Of a DNA stretch of 64,000 bases, positions 19,865-29,825 are shown piece after piece; the stretch's first letter is position 1, and each line of letters starts with the position of its first letter. A program made the translations under genes and the position numbers. Below the pieces are notes generated by a model, which did not search any database, was not told where the DNA came from, and saw only the letters and a program-made list of their open reading frames with translations. Where the stretch lies: positions 110,734 to 174,733 of the forward strand of contig JADFYG010000002.1 in assembly GCA_015233155.1 (NCBI GenBank). Direction: 5' to 3'. The DNA comes from Candidatus Rifleibacteriota bacterium. GTDB lineage: Bacteria > Muiribacteriota > Ozemobacteria > Ozemobacterales > Ozemobacteraceae.

Positions 19865-20323
19865 ATGTTCAGGTTTTTGCGGTTCTTGTGGAAGATTTTC
19901 GTTCTTGCCAGCGCTTTTGGTATTGGATATATCATTGGTCGCGAACATAGCTTCGAGGAAGATGAAGAGTGGGAAAACGAAGAAGCTGAGAACGATAAGA
20001 AGGATGAGAAGAATAAAGAGGCTACCAGCCCCACCCCATCTGCGGCTTCTGTTGTAACTGGGGCAGAAAAGCCATTTACCTTCGAGTATACTGATCCTAA
20101 GGCCACCCACGTTGCTGTAGTGGGCGATTTTAATGACTGGAACAAAGACAAGAGCTCCATGACGTTGGAAAATGGCGTTTGGAAGCTGACTGTTAATCTC
20201 AAGCCCGGTCGGCATGAGTACAAGTTGGTAATCAATCACACCGACTGGATCACAGATCCGAAATGCAGTGAAACCGTTGCTGACAAGGTCGGCGGCCGAT
20301 CATCACTGGTCGAGATCCACTGA
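19865..20323 (+). CDS. Membrane-anchored protein with AMPK-beta/CBM48 glycogen-binding domain
   Basis: N-terminal TM helix, acidic/Lys-rich linker, then FEYTDPKATHVAVVGDFNDWNKD…GRHEYKLVINHTDWITDP, which matches the CBM48/AMPK1_CBM signature. Confidence 0.7.
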   Translation: MFRFLRFLWKIFVLASAFGIGYIIGREHSFEEDEEWENEEAENDKKDEKNKEATSPTPSAASVVTGAEKPFTFEYTDPKATHVAVVGDFNDWNKDKSSMTLENGVWKLTVNLKPGRHEYKLVINHTDWITDPKCSETVADKVGGRSSLVEIH

Positions 20324-20382
20324 TCTGAGGCGTGTGCCCGCCCCGGTGCTGAATTCGGGATGGCGGGTCGGTTAGCGTTTCC

Positions 20383-20416
20383 CCCGCCGCTGCGAGTGCA
20401 TGTCGTTCGCGGCGGG
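20383..20416 (+). other. GC-rich hairpin downstream of the CBM48 gene (possible terminator)
   Basis: CCCGCCGC…(18 nt)…GCGGCGGG is a perfect 8-bp stem. A weak pyrimidine tract follows. Confidence 0.3.
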
Positions 20417-20483
20417 CGTGTCTTTCCTCTGGCCCCGGTTTTCGAGGCTATCGTTACCATCTTTTCAAAGACGATGAGGCATC

Positions 20484-23400
20484 TTGGTTAAACGAATCTA
20501 TCTTGAAGAAATAATTGAACGGGAGCTTTTGAAAAGCTTTCTGGCACGAATGCGTCTGTTTACGGGGCTGACTGTCGTGCCGTTCAACGACCGAGGCGAA
20601 GCCATATTTGGTGATCCTGTCGAATTGTTCGGCGCAAAAGATGAAATTCTCGATCTCGAGCGACTTGCCGGACGCGATCTCATAACACGAACCGATGGTG
20701 CGCTGATTCGTGTTGTCAGATTAAGCTGGCGCGGTAATCTATACGGCATAGTACTTTTGGGACCCTATTTTCCTGCTGAGGCAACCAAACCCGGATCAGA
20801 AATAGTTTCATCACAAATAATGTGTAGTAAAGCTGACGTTGTGCAAAACATAGAAGCCCCGACAGAGCCAACTTCTCATGCAACCAAATCACACGGGCGC
20901 GAGGAAAAAAAATCTCGTCGCGAAAACAAAATCGGTCTTCACTCAAAAATTGCCGCTTCTGCTGATGTTGCAGATAAAATTCGTCTTACAAATGAACAGA
21001 TACTTGCCGCTGCAGAGTTGATCGAACAGTTTTTCTCACAACAAGTAGAGATTACCGGGGAACGAGAAGCACTGCGCCGTAAGGAGAAAATTCTCTCGGT
21101 GCTCGAAGAAGCGTCAGACATTATGAATTCCAAGCTGGAATTCAACCGCCTCCTGGATTTTCTGATGGATATAGCCATCGACATAACCGGAGCCACATGC
21201 GGAGCATTACTTCTGAAAAAAGAAAGTAAGCGATATCTCGAAGTTGCCGTTGCTCGGGGCAAATACCCCCAGGAAGTTAAAAAAATTCGCGTTCCTATTG
21301 GCCAGGGCATTACTGGCTGGGTTGCTCGTAATCATGAATCACTCATTGTACCCAATGTTCTTCTTGAGCCACGATACATTGAAACCCCGGAAACAATCTA
21401 CTCTGAAATGGCGGTTCCATTGCTTGTCGGGGAAAAACTTATCGGAGTTATCGCCGTCGATTCGTCGGAAATAAATGCGTTTTCCAAGGAAGACTGTGCC
21501 ACTCTCGGAACTCTGGCGTCCATGGTGACCAAGGTTCTTGAGAATGCCCGCTTACTTGCAGTTTCAAATCAGAAGGTTCGGGAAATAACGCGTCTGTTTT
21601 CAATTTCAGAACGTCTGCTGGATGGCAATGGCGCACCCGCTCTAATTCCTGCGGTATTAGTCGATGTCGCTGAAGCACTCAGTTGCAAAGGCATCTCACT
21701 CATGGCATATGACAGTGATCGCGACGATCTTTCGATGATGGCGACCCATGGATTATCAGAAGAGGTCAGGGGACTGCGCATTCCGATGGGGAAAGGCATT
21801 CACGGATGGGTTGCACAACAGCGGAAACCACTGTTGATACAGGATACCACTTCGGAAGCCTCATTCGTCAGATATTCTCTTCTTGATCAGTTTTCTCGTT
21901 CTTCGCTGACGGTTCCCCTGCTTGCCGGCGACCATTTAATTGGAGTGTTATCCGCCTATCAGAAGTCCGAGGAAGCCTCTTTCCAGGAAGATGATGAACG
22001 GCTGCTCACAGCTATCGGTCGCATTTTGACGGTACATTTCGAAAATCGCCGACTGTTCGACGATTCACGACGGAAACTTGATTACCTGACCACATTATAT
22101 CAGGTCAGTTCGTCGGTTTCCCGCACTTTGAATCTTGCAAAGCTTTTTGGAACAATTCTCCAGCAGGTCCAGGATGTAATGGACGTGGAAAATTGTTCAC
22201 TTATGGCGTATGACTCAGTAAAAAATCATCTATCTCTTGATGCTGCCATAGGAGTTCCGAAAAAACTTGTAGGAATGGTCAATGTTCCGATGGGGGAAGG
22301 GATTTCCGGCTGGGTTGCCAAGATGCGTCAACCGGTGCTTATCAAGGATATAGCCAAAGATGAGCGATTCATCCACCATCCGGGTCGCATGGATTATAAG
22401 ACACGTTCGGCCCTTTCTGTTCCAATTATTCACAACAGAAATCTTCTTGGTGTAATCAACGTCAACAATAAACGTTCAGGTTGTATCTTTGACGACGATG
22501 ATCTTAATCTGCTGATCGGGATTTCCGGCCAGATCGCTCAGGCAATTGCAAACGCCAACCTGTATGAACGGACAGAGCAGCAAGTTGCTGAACTGAGCTT
22601 GATCCAGGAACTGGGTAAGGCGATCAATTCATCGCTCGACCTCGATTCAGTGTTGACTTACTTTATAGACATGACATCCCGTATCACTGATGCTGACAGA
22701 TCGACACTGATGTTATTCGATGATGAAAAACAAGAATTATATGTCCAGGCTTTCCGTGGATTCAAAGAAGCCGAGATTCGTGTAGTACGTTTTAAAATTG
22801 GCGAAGGCATTGCCGGACAGGCTGCTCAGACTCGTCGACCTATACGGGTTATAAACACACACGAAGATCCCCTCTATACGCAACTCGGAGTGCTTAATTC
22901 CGCGCAACCACTCACAATGATTTCCGCTCCACTGGTGAATCGCGACAAACTCGTTGGAGTCATAAACTGTGAACGTGAACTCGGGCGCAAGGGACCATTC
23001 TTGCCAGAGAACCTGGACCTGCTCGACACACTTTCCTCGCAAGCCTCAGTGGCAATAGAAAATGCGCGCCTATATCATAATCTATTGAACGTCTACCTCG
23101 AAACTATCCGCGCTCTTGCGGCCGCAATTGATGCAAAGGACAGCTATACGAGCGGCCATTCACGCCGCGTTACAGAGCTTTCTGTCGCGCTTGCACAAGC
23201 AATGGGATTGCATCGCGAAGAAGTCGATACGATCCGACATGCCGCCTTACTGCATGATGTTGGCAAGATCGGTATAAGTGAACGCATTCTCCTCAAACCG
23301 GGTCGCTTGACGGATGATGAATTCGAAACGATCAAATCTCATCCACACATTGGTGCCGGCATTCTTAATTCTATTGAGTTTCTGAAAAATGTTTGTTCAA

Positions 23401-23744
23401 TAATTGAACATCACCATGAAAGATTTGATGGCCGCGGGTATCCTTCCGGGTTGAAAGCTGCTGAAATTCCGCTCGGGGCAAGAATAATAATGGTTGCTGA
23501 CTCCTTCGACGCAATCACTTCCAGTCGCCCGTATCGCAAACCGCTGACTTTTGCTGAAGCAACTGAGGAAATTCGCCGATGTGGCGGGACTCAATTCGAC
23601 CCGAAAGTTGTTGAAGCATTCGTCGCTTTGCGGAATAATGTTTTCTGTCCAATCTGGCTGAAAAAAGAAGCACTTGAACCTGAAACAGAGAATGAATCTC
23701 AACTTACAGCGGAAATACAATCTTTTCCCGGCCTGCGTATTTGA
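20484..23744 (+). CDS. Multi-GAF-domain HD-GYP phosphodiesterase
   Basis: 1086 aa with at least four GAF-like units (repeating …GIxGWVA… motifs). The C-terminal HD-GYP domain has LHDVGKIGI and HHERFDGRGYP. Confidence 0.85.
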   Translation: MVKRIYLEEIIERELLKSFLARMRLFTGLTVVPFNDRGEAIFGDPVELFGAKDEILDLERLAGRDLITRTDGALIRVVRLSWRGNLYGIVLLGPYFPAEATKPGSEIVSSQIMCSKADVVQNIEAPTEPTSHATKSHGREEKKSRRENKIGLHSKIAASADVADKIRLTNEQILAAAELIEQFFSQQVEITGEREALRRKEKILSVLEEASDIMNSKLEFNRLLDFLMDIAIDITGATCGALLLKKESKRYLEVAVARGKYPQEVKKIRVPIGQGITGWVARNHESLIVPNVLLEPRYIETPETIYSEMAVPLLVGEKLIGVIAVDSSEINAFSKEDCATLGTLASMVTKVLENARLLAVSNQKVREITRLFSISERLLDGNGAPALIPAVLVDVAEALSCKGISLMAYDSDRDDLSMMATHGLSEEVRGLRIPMGKGIHGWVAQQRKPLLIQDTTSEASFVRYSLLDQFSRSSLTVPLLAGDHLIGVLSAYQKSEEASFQEDDERLLTAIGRILTVHFENRRLFDDSRRKLDYLTTLYQVSSSVSRTLNLAKLFGTILQQVQDVMDVENCSLMAYDSVKNHLSLDAAIGVPKKLVGMVNVPMGEGISGWVAKMRQPVLIKDIAKDERFIHHPGRMDYKTRSALSVPIIHNRNLLGVINVNNKRSGCIFDDDDLNLLIGISGQIAQAIANANLYERTEQQVAELSLIQELGKAINSSLDLDSVLTYFIDMTSRITDADRSTLMLFDDEKQELYVQAFRGFKEAEIRVVRFKIGEGIAGQAAQTRRPIRVINTHEDPLYTQLGVLNSAQPLTMISAPLVNRDKLVGVINCERELGRKGPFLPENLDLLDTLSSQASVAIENARLYHNLLNVYLETIRALAAAIDAKDSYTSGHSRRVTELSVALAQAMGLHREEVDTIRHAALLHDVGKIGISERILLKPGRLTDDEFETIKSHPHIGAGILNSIEFLKNVCSIIEHHHERFDGRGYPSGLKAAEIPLGARIIMVADSFDAITSSRPYRKPLTFAEATEEIRRCGGTQFDPKVVEAFVALRNNVFCPIWLKKEALEPETENESQLTAEIQSFPGLRI

Positions 23745-24139
23745 CGTTCGATTTCACAAAATATTCTAACGAACCTGTCGGAAAACTCATAAGCGCCTTT
23801 CAGAGACATATTTTTGAATTTGTACACCGAAATTCTTTAAAACCATACTTTTCCGACAAGCTCTAACGGCGCCGTTAACCATGTTCCCTGAAACGAGATA
23901 TTTGCCCATCTGCATGGGGGCATATGCGCTTACTTAAACGTCCAAATTCTACTTTTGTCATTTCGACCGAAGGGAGAAATATTGTATTTATGAGAGCTCT
24001 CACATTCGTTCGAGATGACAAGCTATTCCTAAGTAAGCGCATATGGTGCATGGGGAAGGCGACGTCGCGACGTCGCAGAAGCGAAGCTCGCGACGTTGCT
24101 GAAACAGATAAAAATAGACACAGTCATCATTTCAGCACT

Positions 24140-24154
24140 TGGCACAATGTTTGC
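24140..24154 (+). promoter_or_regulatory. Sigma54 (-24/-12) promoter upstream of hsp20
   Basis: TGGCAC-AATGT-TTGCT matches the consensus TGGCAC-N5-TTGCW with exact GG/GC spacing. It lies about 60 nt upstream of the hsp20 ATG (24214). Palindromes lie upstream: GCGACGTCGCGACGTCGC at 24060-24080 and TAACGGCGCCGTTA at 23862-23875. Confidence 0.5.
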
Positions 24155-24213
24155 TTAAACAATGGCAAGAGGAAATGACCTCAAGTATTCAAAATCCCAA
24201 AGGAGGTAAAATT

Positions 24214-24657
24214 ATGAATTTCTGGAAGTTGTTCAAAGAAATGGAGTCCCTGCAAAATCAGTTGAGTGATGTAACAAAAGAATATGGTATCCGACTTCCC
24301 AGACTCGCATTTTTGCCCGGTGTATCTGCTCGACACTTTCCGCTGCAGAATGTCGGAGAAGACCAGACTAATGTCTACGTAGAAGCTCTAGCCCCAGGAG
24401 TAGATCCAGGATCTCTAAATGTCAGCATCGTAAAGAATACGTTAACTGTGAGCGGTGAAAAAGTTAAATCCCAGATTTCTGCGGAAGATTATCATCGTTC
24501 CGAACGCGGGGCAGGAAAGTTTATACGTACCATTGAACTTCCCGTTGAAATCAATCCGGACCAGGTCTCTGCAGAATATAAGAATGGCATTCTAAATATC
24601 ACGATGGGCAAAGCAGAAGCTTCGAAACCTCGTCAGATCGAAATAAAACTCGGCTGA
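24214..24657 (+). CDS. Small heat-shock protein Hsp20/alpha-crystallin family
   Basis: Alpha-crystallin-domain features (…LTVSGEK…[14 protein letters not shown]). RBS AGGAGG lies 7 nt upstream of the ATG. Confidence 0.85.
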   Translation: MNFWKLFKEMESLQNQLSDVTKEYGIRLPRLAFLPGVSARHFPLQNVGEDQTNVYVEALAPGVDPGSLNVSIVKNTLTVSGEKVKSQISAEDYHRSERGAGKFIRTIELPVEINPDQVSAEYKNGILNITMGKAEASKPRQIEIKLG

Positions 24658-24827
24658 TTGAATCATGTGTAAAAAACATACTCGAGACCCAATATTCCCA
24701 GATCTGAATAAAACACATTCAAACCCTATCGACACAAGGAATATTCGATTCCGCAGTGTAACGATGCCTTGCAAATGCAGTCTATATCAATAACCACACA
24801 TTGAATTTCGCCAGGAGGAACGAAAAT

Positions 24828-25229
24828 ATGCCAGAGAAAACTATTCCCAACATTCAGCAGGAAGCTTCAACAGAAGTGAGTCGCGAGGTGACACGCACTC
24901 CAGAGCGATATGTCCAGCCACTGGTTGACATATATGAAACCAAGGACGGACTGACAGTTGTTGCTGATATGCCCGGTGTTCCCAAGGAAAATCTGAACAT
25001 CAAGGTGGAAAATGATATTCTCACCATCGAAGGACACATGACAAAGCCGGATCGAGAGCTGAATTTCGAACGGGAATTTGAGTTTGTAAGCTTTTTCCGC
25101 CAGTTCGAATTGTCCGAAGCTGTCGATCGGGAAAAAATCGCTGCTTCTATCGTGAATGGAGTTCTTACAGTCAACCTCCCAAAAACAGAGAGTCAAAAAC
25201 CTCGCCAAATAACAGTCCGTGTAAGTTGA
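24828..25229 (+). CDS. Small heat-shock protein Hsp20/alpha-crystallin family (second copy)
   Basis: …DILTIEGHM…ASIVNGVLTVNLPK. RBS GGAGGA upstream. Confidence 0.85.
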   Translation: MPEKTIPNIQQEASTEVSREVTRTPERYVQPLVDIYETKDGLTVVADMPGVPKENLNIKVENDILTIEGHMTKPDRELNFEREFEFVSFFRQFELSEAVDREKIAASIVNGVLTVNLPKTESQKPRQITVRVS

Positions 25230-25390
25230 TCGCATTCGTCTCTCACGGACTCTCTTGATCACGTCATCCAATCCCAGATAATACGGGTTTCGCACCATCT
25301 TAATAACCAAAACTCACGGATAATAATATTCGTGGGAGAGAGGTGATAGAATGGTGCGAAATTTTTTTGTTATTGGGAGTAAAAACTGCC

Positions 25391-26176
25391 ATGGAAGTCA
25401 TTATAAAAAATAACCAGGAACAGGCTTGTAAGCTCGGAGCAAAAATAGTTGCACGTTTCATGCGGAAAAAAACAAAAATGGTCCTCGGCCTGGCAACCGG
25501 GTCCACTCCTTTGCCCATCTACAAGGAATTGATACGAATGCATCGGGAAGAGGGCTTGAGCTTTAGCCAGACCGTTACATTCAATCTCGACGAGTATGTT
25601 GGGCTTCCTCCAGGGCATCCAGGGTCGTATCGCACTTACATGGAAGACAATTTGTTTAGACATGTGGATATTGCCACTTGTGCCACACATCTCCCCAATG
25701 GAAATGCTGATGATATTCCGACCGCCTGCGCTGAATATGAGCGCAGTATCCAAACAGCCGGAGGGATCGATCTGCAAATACTCGGTCTGGGTGGAGATGG
25801 TCATCTGGCATTCAACGAACCCAGCTCGTCGCTGCGATCCAGGACCCGGCTGAAAACCCTTACTACGGAAACCAGAAAGGCAAATGCGGCTGTATTCGGC
25901 AAAGCAGAAAAGGTGCCAATGCATGTTATCACCATGGGACTGGAAACAATCATGGCAGCGCGTTGCTGCCTGTTGTTCGCTTTTGGCCGTGGCAAGGCCG
26001 ATGCCACACAAAAAATGATAGAAGGTCCGGTTTCAGCTTCCTGTCCTGCCAGTATTCTTCAGTTTCACGAACAAGCAGTCGTCATTATCGATGAGGATGC
26101 TGCTTCGCAACTAATAAATCATGAATATTACCGTGAGGTCTATTCCGAAAAACCAGACTGGCAAAAATGGGAATAG
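25391..26176 (+). CDS. nagB: Glucosamine-6-phosphate deaminase
   Basis: LGLATGSTP, NLDEYVGL, LGLGGDGHLAFNEP motifs. Start taken at MEVIIKNNQE. Confidence 0.85.
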   Translation: MEVIIKNNQEQACKLGAKIVARFMRKKTKMVLGLATGSTPLPIYKELIRMHREEGLSFSQTVTFNLDEYVGLPPGHPGSYRTYMEDNLFRHVDIATCATHLPNGNADDIPTACAEYERSIQTAGGIDLQILGLGGDGHLAFNEPSSSLRSRTRLKTLTTETRKANAAVFGKAEKVPMHVITMGLETIMAARCCLLFAFGRGKADATQKMIEGPVSASCPASILQFHEQAVVIIDEDAASQLINHEYYREVYSEKPDWQKWE

Positions 26177-26341
26177 TTATGCTGAATTTTCTAATTAGAA
26201 ATTCAGACTCCAGTATTATAAATGTGTGTGTTCCGTTTTTTATTTTCTTGCTGTAGAATGACAAAGTAGAAATATCCTCAGTCATTCGGCCGATTATCTA
26301 CCAATGAGTAGACATTTTTGGCAAATGTGATGGAATAAAAA

Positions 26342-27787
26342 GTGGATCAGGTTGGACCTTCGACACCATTGACGACATCGACGGAAAGTGAAGCCAGCAT
26401 TACAAAACGGCTTCGCAATGTTCCTTTTTTAGAAGGTTTTAGTGATGCCGCAATACAAAAAGTGGTGGCGATTACCGGCGAAACAACTTTTCCCGCACGT
26501 TCTGTAATTTTCCGCGAAGGTGATCGCGGAGATACCCTATATATACTTAAATCCGGTCGCGCAACGATCTCCAAGAAAAATAGACTTGGAGTGAATGTTG
26601 TTATTGCCACTCTGGTCGAAGGGGCTGTCATAGGCGATATGGCATTGATCGATAATCAGCCGCGATCTGCCACATTAGAGACTCTTATTCAATCCACATT
26701 TTTCATAATCAAGGAAAGTGATTTTCAAAAGCTGCTCTATAACGATCGCGAGGTCACTCAGGGAACCCTGATCCTTCTTACTGACCGCATTCGTCGTTCT
26801 AATGAAAAGTTGATAGATTTTGCCCTCGATAATCATCCCGACATGGTCATACTGACTGATACGGATTTTCGCGTTACCGATATCAATAAACAGGCGCAGA
26901 ATCAATTGAAAATGAATCCTAAAGAAGGAATTCAGCCTGGAGTTCTCGGCAAAATACGTTTCCTGTTGGAAAAAGTTCGTCAACAGGCTCAAGAGCGAAA
27001 TCCATTTTTTCTGATTCTCATGAAACCGGAAAAGCTTTTTCTTTGGGTACATGTTAACCCCTTGAAAAATCCACAGGGATTTCTGCAAGGATATCTGATC
27101 GAACTTCGTGACATTACTCAGGCACGCGACAGCAGCCGTCGAAGTCTTGAAATTGCAAGTTTTATCATTCACCGACTTCCTGGTTTAGTTGAAAAAATGA
27201 AGGGCTTTACACCTGCTGAGTCGCGAGATACTTCTTCCGAGCAAACGGAATTGGTTCGTGAAATTAACCGTCAGGTGAACAAACTTGTAGCATTCACAGA
27301 TCTGGAAGCCGGCCCTCTTCGTATTCAGCGCGTCGACATGAACCCTGATCAGATTGCAACGGATGTAATTAATTCGCATCAATTCGTGATGGCCGCCAAA
27401 TCCCAGGCTCTCGATTGTCGTTTAGAATTTGGAGAGGGACAGATTTTTGCTGATGATGACTGGATCCGCAAGTTACTGACCATCCTTTTGTGCAATGCAA
27501 TCACATATTCGGAACCCGGTTCTCTCATTGTCTTTCAGACATCGCAACCAAACAATGGACGATTCCGTTGCAGAATCCAGAACCCGACAGATTTCACAGT
27601 TTCTGAAGATGATGCCCGCAGATTTTTCAGCATCAGTCAACAACTCGAAGATTTTGAATCTCTCCGCTCCACCGATTTCGGTTTAGAACTCCCACTCGCC
27701 AAGCATATAATTGATGCTCACAACGGACGGATCAGCATTGAACCTAATTTGAATAATAATCTATTTTCGGTGGTCTTTGAACTCTGA
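26342..27787 (+). CDS. Cytoplasmic cNMP-binding-domain sensor histidine kinase
   Basis: N-terminal cyclic-nucleotide-binding fold (FLEGFSD…FREGDRGDTLYILKSGRA…). C-terminal HATPase_c has N-box LLCNAITYS and G-boxes (FGLELPLAKHII). Putative H-box at IASFIIHRLPG. No TM segments. Confidence 0.7.
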   Translation: MDQVGPSTPLTTSTESEASITKRLRNVPFLEGFSDAAIQKVVAITGETTFPARSVIFREGDRGDTLYILKSGRATISKKNRLGVNVVIATLVEGAVIGDMALIDNQPRSATLETLIQSTFFIIKESDFQKLLYNDREVTQGTLILLTDRIRRSNEKLIDFALDNHPDMVILTDTDFRVTDINKQAQNQLKMNPKEGIQPGVLGKIRFLLEKVRQQAQERNPFFLILMKPEKLFLWVHVNPLKNPQGFLQGYLIELRDITQARDSSRRSLEIASFIIHRLPGLVEKMKGFTPAESRDTSSEQTELVREINRQVNKLVAFTDLEAGPLRIQRVDMNPDQIATDVINSHQFVMAAKSQALDCRLEFGEGQIFADDDWIRKLLTILLCNAITYSEPGSLIVFQTSQPNNGRFRCRIQNPTDFTVSEDDARRFFSISQQLEDFESLRSTDFGLELPLAKHIIDAHNGRISIEPNLNNNLFSVVFEL

Positions 27788-28251
27788 TGAAAGACATTCG
27801 CCCAGAACCTCTTAAACATCGACTGCAACTACCAACAAATCTTGCCAGTATTCCAGTGGGCCAGGATTTTTTAATGTCTGTCCTGCGGAAAGAGAATGCT
27901 CCGGAAGATTTTATTAGAAAAATGCGCCTCGTTTTAGATGAAGCCTTAACCAATGCAATTGAACACGGTGGTATCAGTGCTGGTGTAGATACCATAAGCC
28001 TGAGCTGTCAAATGATTGAATCATCTTTTCAGATCCAGGTGGAAGATTTTCAAGGCCGGATGTTCGATCCGGAATATTTTCGTCGTATTGCCGTAGCCAA
28101 AGGGTGGGGCAAAGGTGGTCGAGGAATTCTGCTTATTGATTCTATTGTAGACCACATGGCATACCTTATTGAACCCGGAAAACACACGATCTTATATATG
28201 GAAATCACCGCTCCATGGCTGAAAACCTCAGAATCTAAAACTTCTCCATAG
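27787..28251 (+). CDS. Anti-sigma-factor-type serine kinase (RsbW/SpoIIAB-like HATPase)
   Basis: 154 aa; LVLDEALTNAIEHGG and GWGKGGRGILLI are the HATPase N/G boxes typical of RsbW-like kinases. The start overlaps the upstream stop. Confidence 0.7.
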   Translation: MKDIRPEPLKHRLQLPTNLASIPVGQDFLMSVLRKENAPEDFIRKMRLVLDEALTNAIEHGGISAGVDTISLSCQMIESSFQIQVEDFQGRMFDPEYFRRIAVAKGWGKGGRGILLIDSIVDHMAYLIEPGKHTILYMEITAPWLKTSESKTSP

Positions 28252-28360
28252 CCGGTGAGCTTTCCCGGTTAAGATTTTCCCTGCATCGAAAATCTATATT
28301 TTCAAGCAAGCATCAACGGCTGATATTCGTATCTCTCCCTTGCGGTTTCTTCAAATTGTA

Positions 28361-28873
28361 TTATTTTGCGGAAGGACGCCTGTAACCGCACTTGCATGGT
28401 CCTTTCTTTACCATTACTCGTGCGCAATTCGGGCAGTATTTGCTTACCGCCTTTTCCGGATTCTGCAACTGTTGTTGCTTTGCGAGCTGATCCTTTTGCT
28501 TTTCAGATTCAGTTTTTTTCGCAGATTCGATAGAATCCTTACTTTCAGGAACTGATTTTGCTGAACAGTGCGGTTTTCCTGTGATTTCCTGGAATTTTTC
28601 TGCATAATCCGGATTATCATCCAGGTATTTTTCGAAGGCATCCTTCGGAGACAGCCCCTTCTTCCAAAGGTGGTCATAAGGATAAAGCGGCTCTTCATCG
28701 AGATACTTTTCGCAGAGCGAAACGAACGTATCATCCCAGGAGTCGTAAGATTCACGTGCCATATAGTCTTCCTTTCGAATGGCTCTGGCTTTTATCAATT
28801 GCTCGAAACGAACTTCAGTGTTAATGAAATACCCTAAAAACACTTTGGTTTCAAATACAATGACAAACAGCAA
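28361..28873 (-). CDS. Hypothetical Lys/Glu-rich protein with C-terminal zinc-ribbon
   Basis: C-terminal CPNCARVMVKKGPCKCGY (CxxC…CxC). Confidence 0.5.
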   Translation of the reverse strand: MLFVIVFETKVFLGYFINTEVRFEQLIKARAIRKEDYMARESYDSWDDTFVSLCEKYLDEEPLYPYDHLWKKGLSPKDAFEKYLDDNPDYAEKFQEITGKPHCSAKSVPESKDSIESAKKTESEKQKDQLAKQQQLQNPEKAVSKYCPNCARVMVKKGPCKCGYRRPSAK

Positions 28874-28925
28874 AATAATGATATGTTTATGATAGAGGCA
28901 GAATTATTCGGTTCCGGAGGTTTGT

Positions 28926-29804
28926 ATGGTCGATAAAGTCCAAATGCCATTGTCATTCTCACAGACGGAATCAGGAACAGTAAAAACATTATCATCACTT
29001 AATTCGTTAATCAGCAGTACAAGTAATGGAGTGACCGATCCATTAAAAGGGTTGAATATTGATCAAATGAATCTTTCAGTCGATGCCCAGAATAAGATAG
29101 CCTGGGCCAGATCTCAGTTTGAGGTGAACTACCAGGTAATAAAATCCATAAACACATCGCAAGGCGTTGAAACGTCCCAGGAGAGCTTCTCATTTCAGGC
29201 CAGTTACGATTTCTTGCAAAAGGTTTCCGGGCAGACACCGGTTCCAGTACCTGGCAGTGTAGCCCAATCGTCTTCCACAGACGGGCAGCAGGCTTCTCAA
29301 AATACTCAGGATGCTCAGGCTGCGCAAGGCACACAAACTTCGCAGGATGCTCTTTCTCAGCTTCAGGACTATTTTTCCCCGGAAAAAACCGCGCAACGGA
29401 TTCTTGATGTGGCAACCAGTTTTTATCCGGTCAGCGACACAGGACAAGCTGCGGGGAATACCGAAGCGGGGCGCCAGAAATTTTCGGATTTTATCGGAGC
29501 CAGTATCGAGGAAGGGTTTCGGCAGGCATATGGTTTACTCGGCACATTGCCGGATGACGTGAAAGCGGGAACTGATAAGACTCATTCTCTTGTGTTCGCA
29601 GGGCTTGATAATTTTGTAAAAAACGGCGTAGATCCCGAAAAAATGACGACGGGCGGAGTCATGGATAAAATCGCTGCATACAGATTGGAAGCTGCGCAAA
29701 ATACTGATCGTATAAGAAAATCCCTTGGGATTACCGGCTACAACGCACAAGGGGACCCGCGAAACACCTCATCTGATACTTCTACAATTTCCACAACGGG
29801 ATGA
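28926..29804 (+). CDS. Hypothetical Gln/Ser/Thr-rich protein
   Basis: 292 aa, low-complexity Q/S/T-rich middle, no recognised motif. The upstream segment is RBS-like. Confidence 0.5.
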   Translation: MVDKVQMPLSFSQTESGTVKTLSSLNSLISSTSNGVTDPLKGLNIDQMNLSVDAQNKIAWARSQFEVNYQVIKSINTSQGVETSQESFSFQASYDFLQKVSGQTPVPVPGSVAQSSSTDGQQASQNTQDAQAAQGTQTSQDALSQLQDYFSPEKTAQRILDVATSFYPVSDTGQAAGNTEAGRQKFSDFIGASIEEGFRQAYGLLGTLPDDVKAGTDKTHSLVFAGLDNFVKNGVDPEKMTTGGVMDKIAAYRLEAAQNTDRIRKSLGITGYNAQGDPRNTSSDTSTISTTG

Positions 29805-29825
29805 CCTGATAACTACATTTATTTT

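Noticed and set aside
24658-24827. Second sigma54 promoter or CIRCE element upstream of the second hsp20.
   Set aside because: No TGGCAC-N5-TTGC and no TTAGCACTC-N9-GAGTGCTAA inverted repeat are present. Only a weak sigma70-like TTGCAA was seen.
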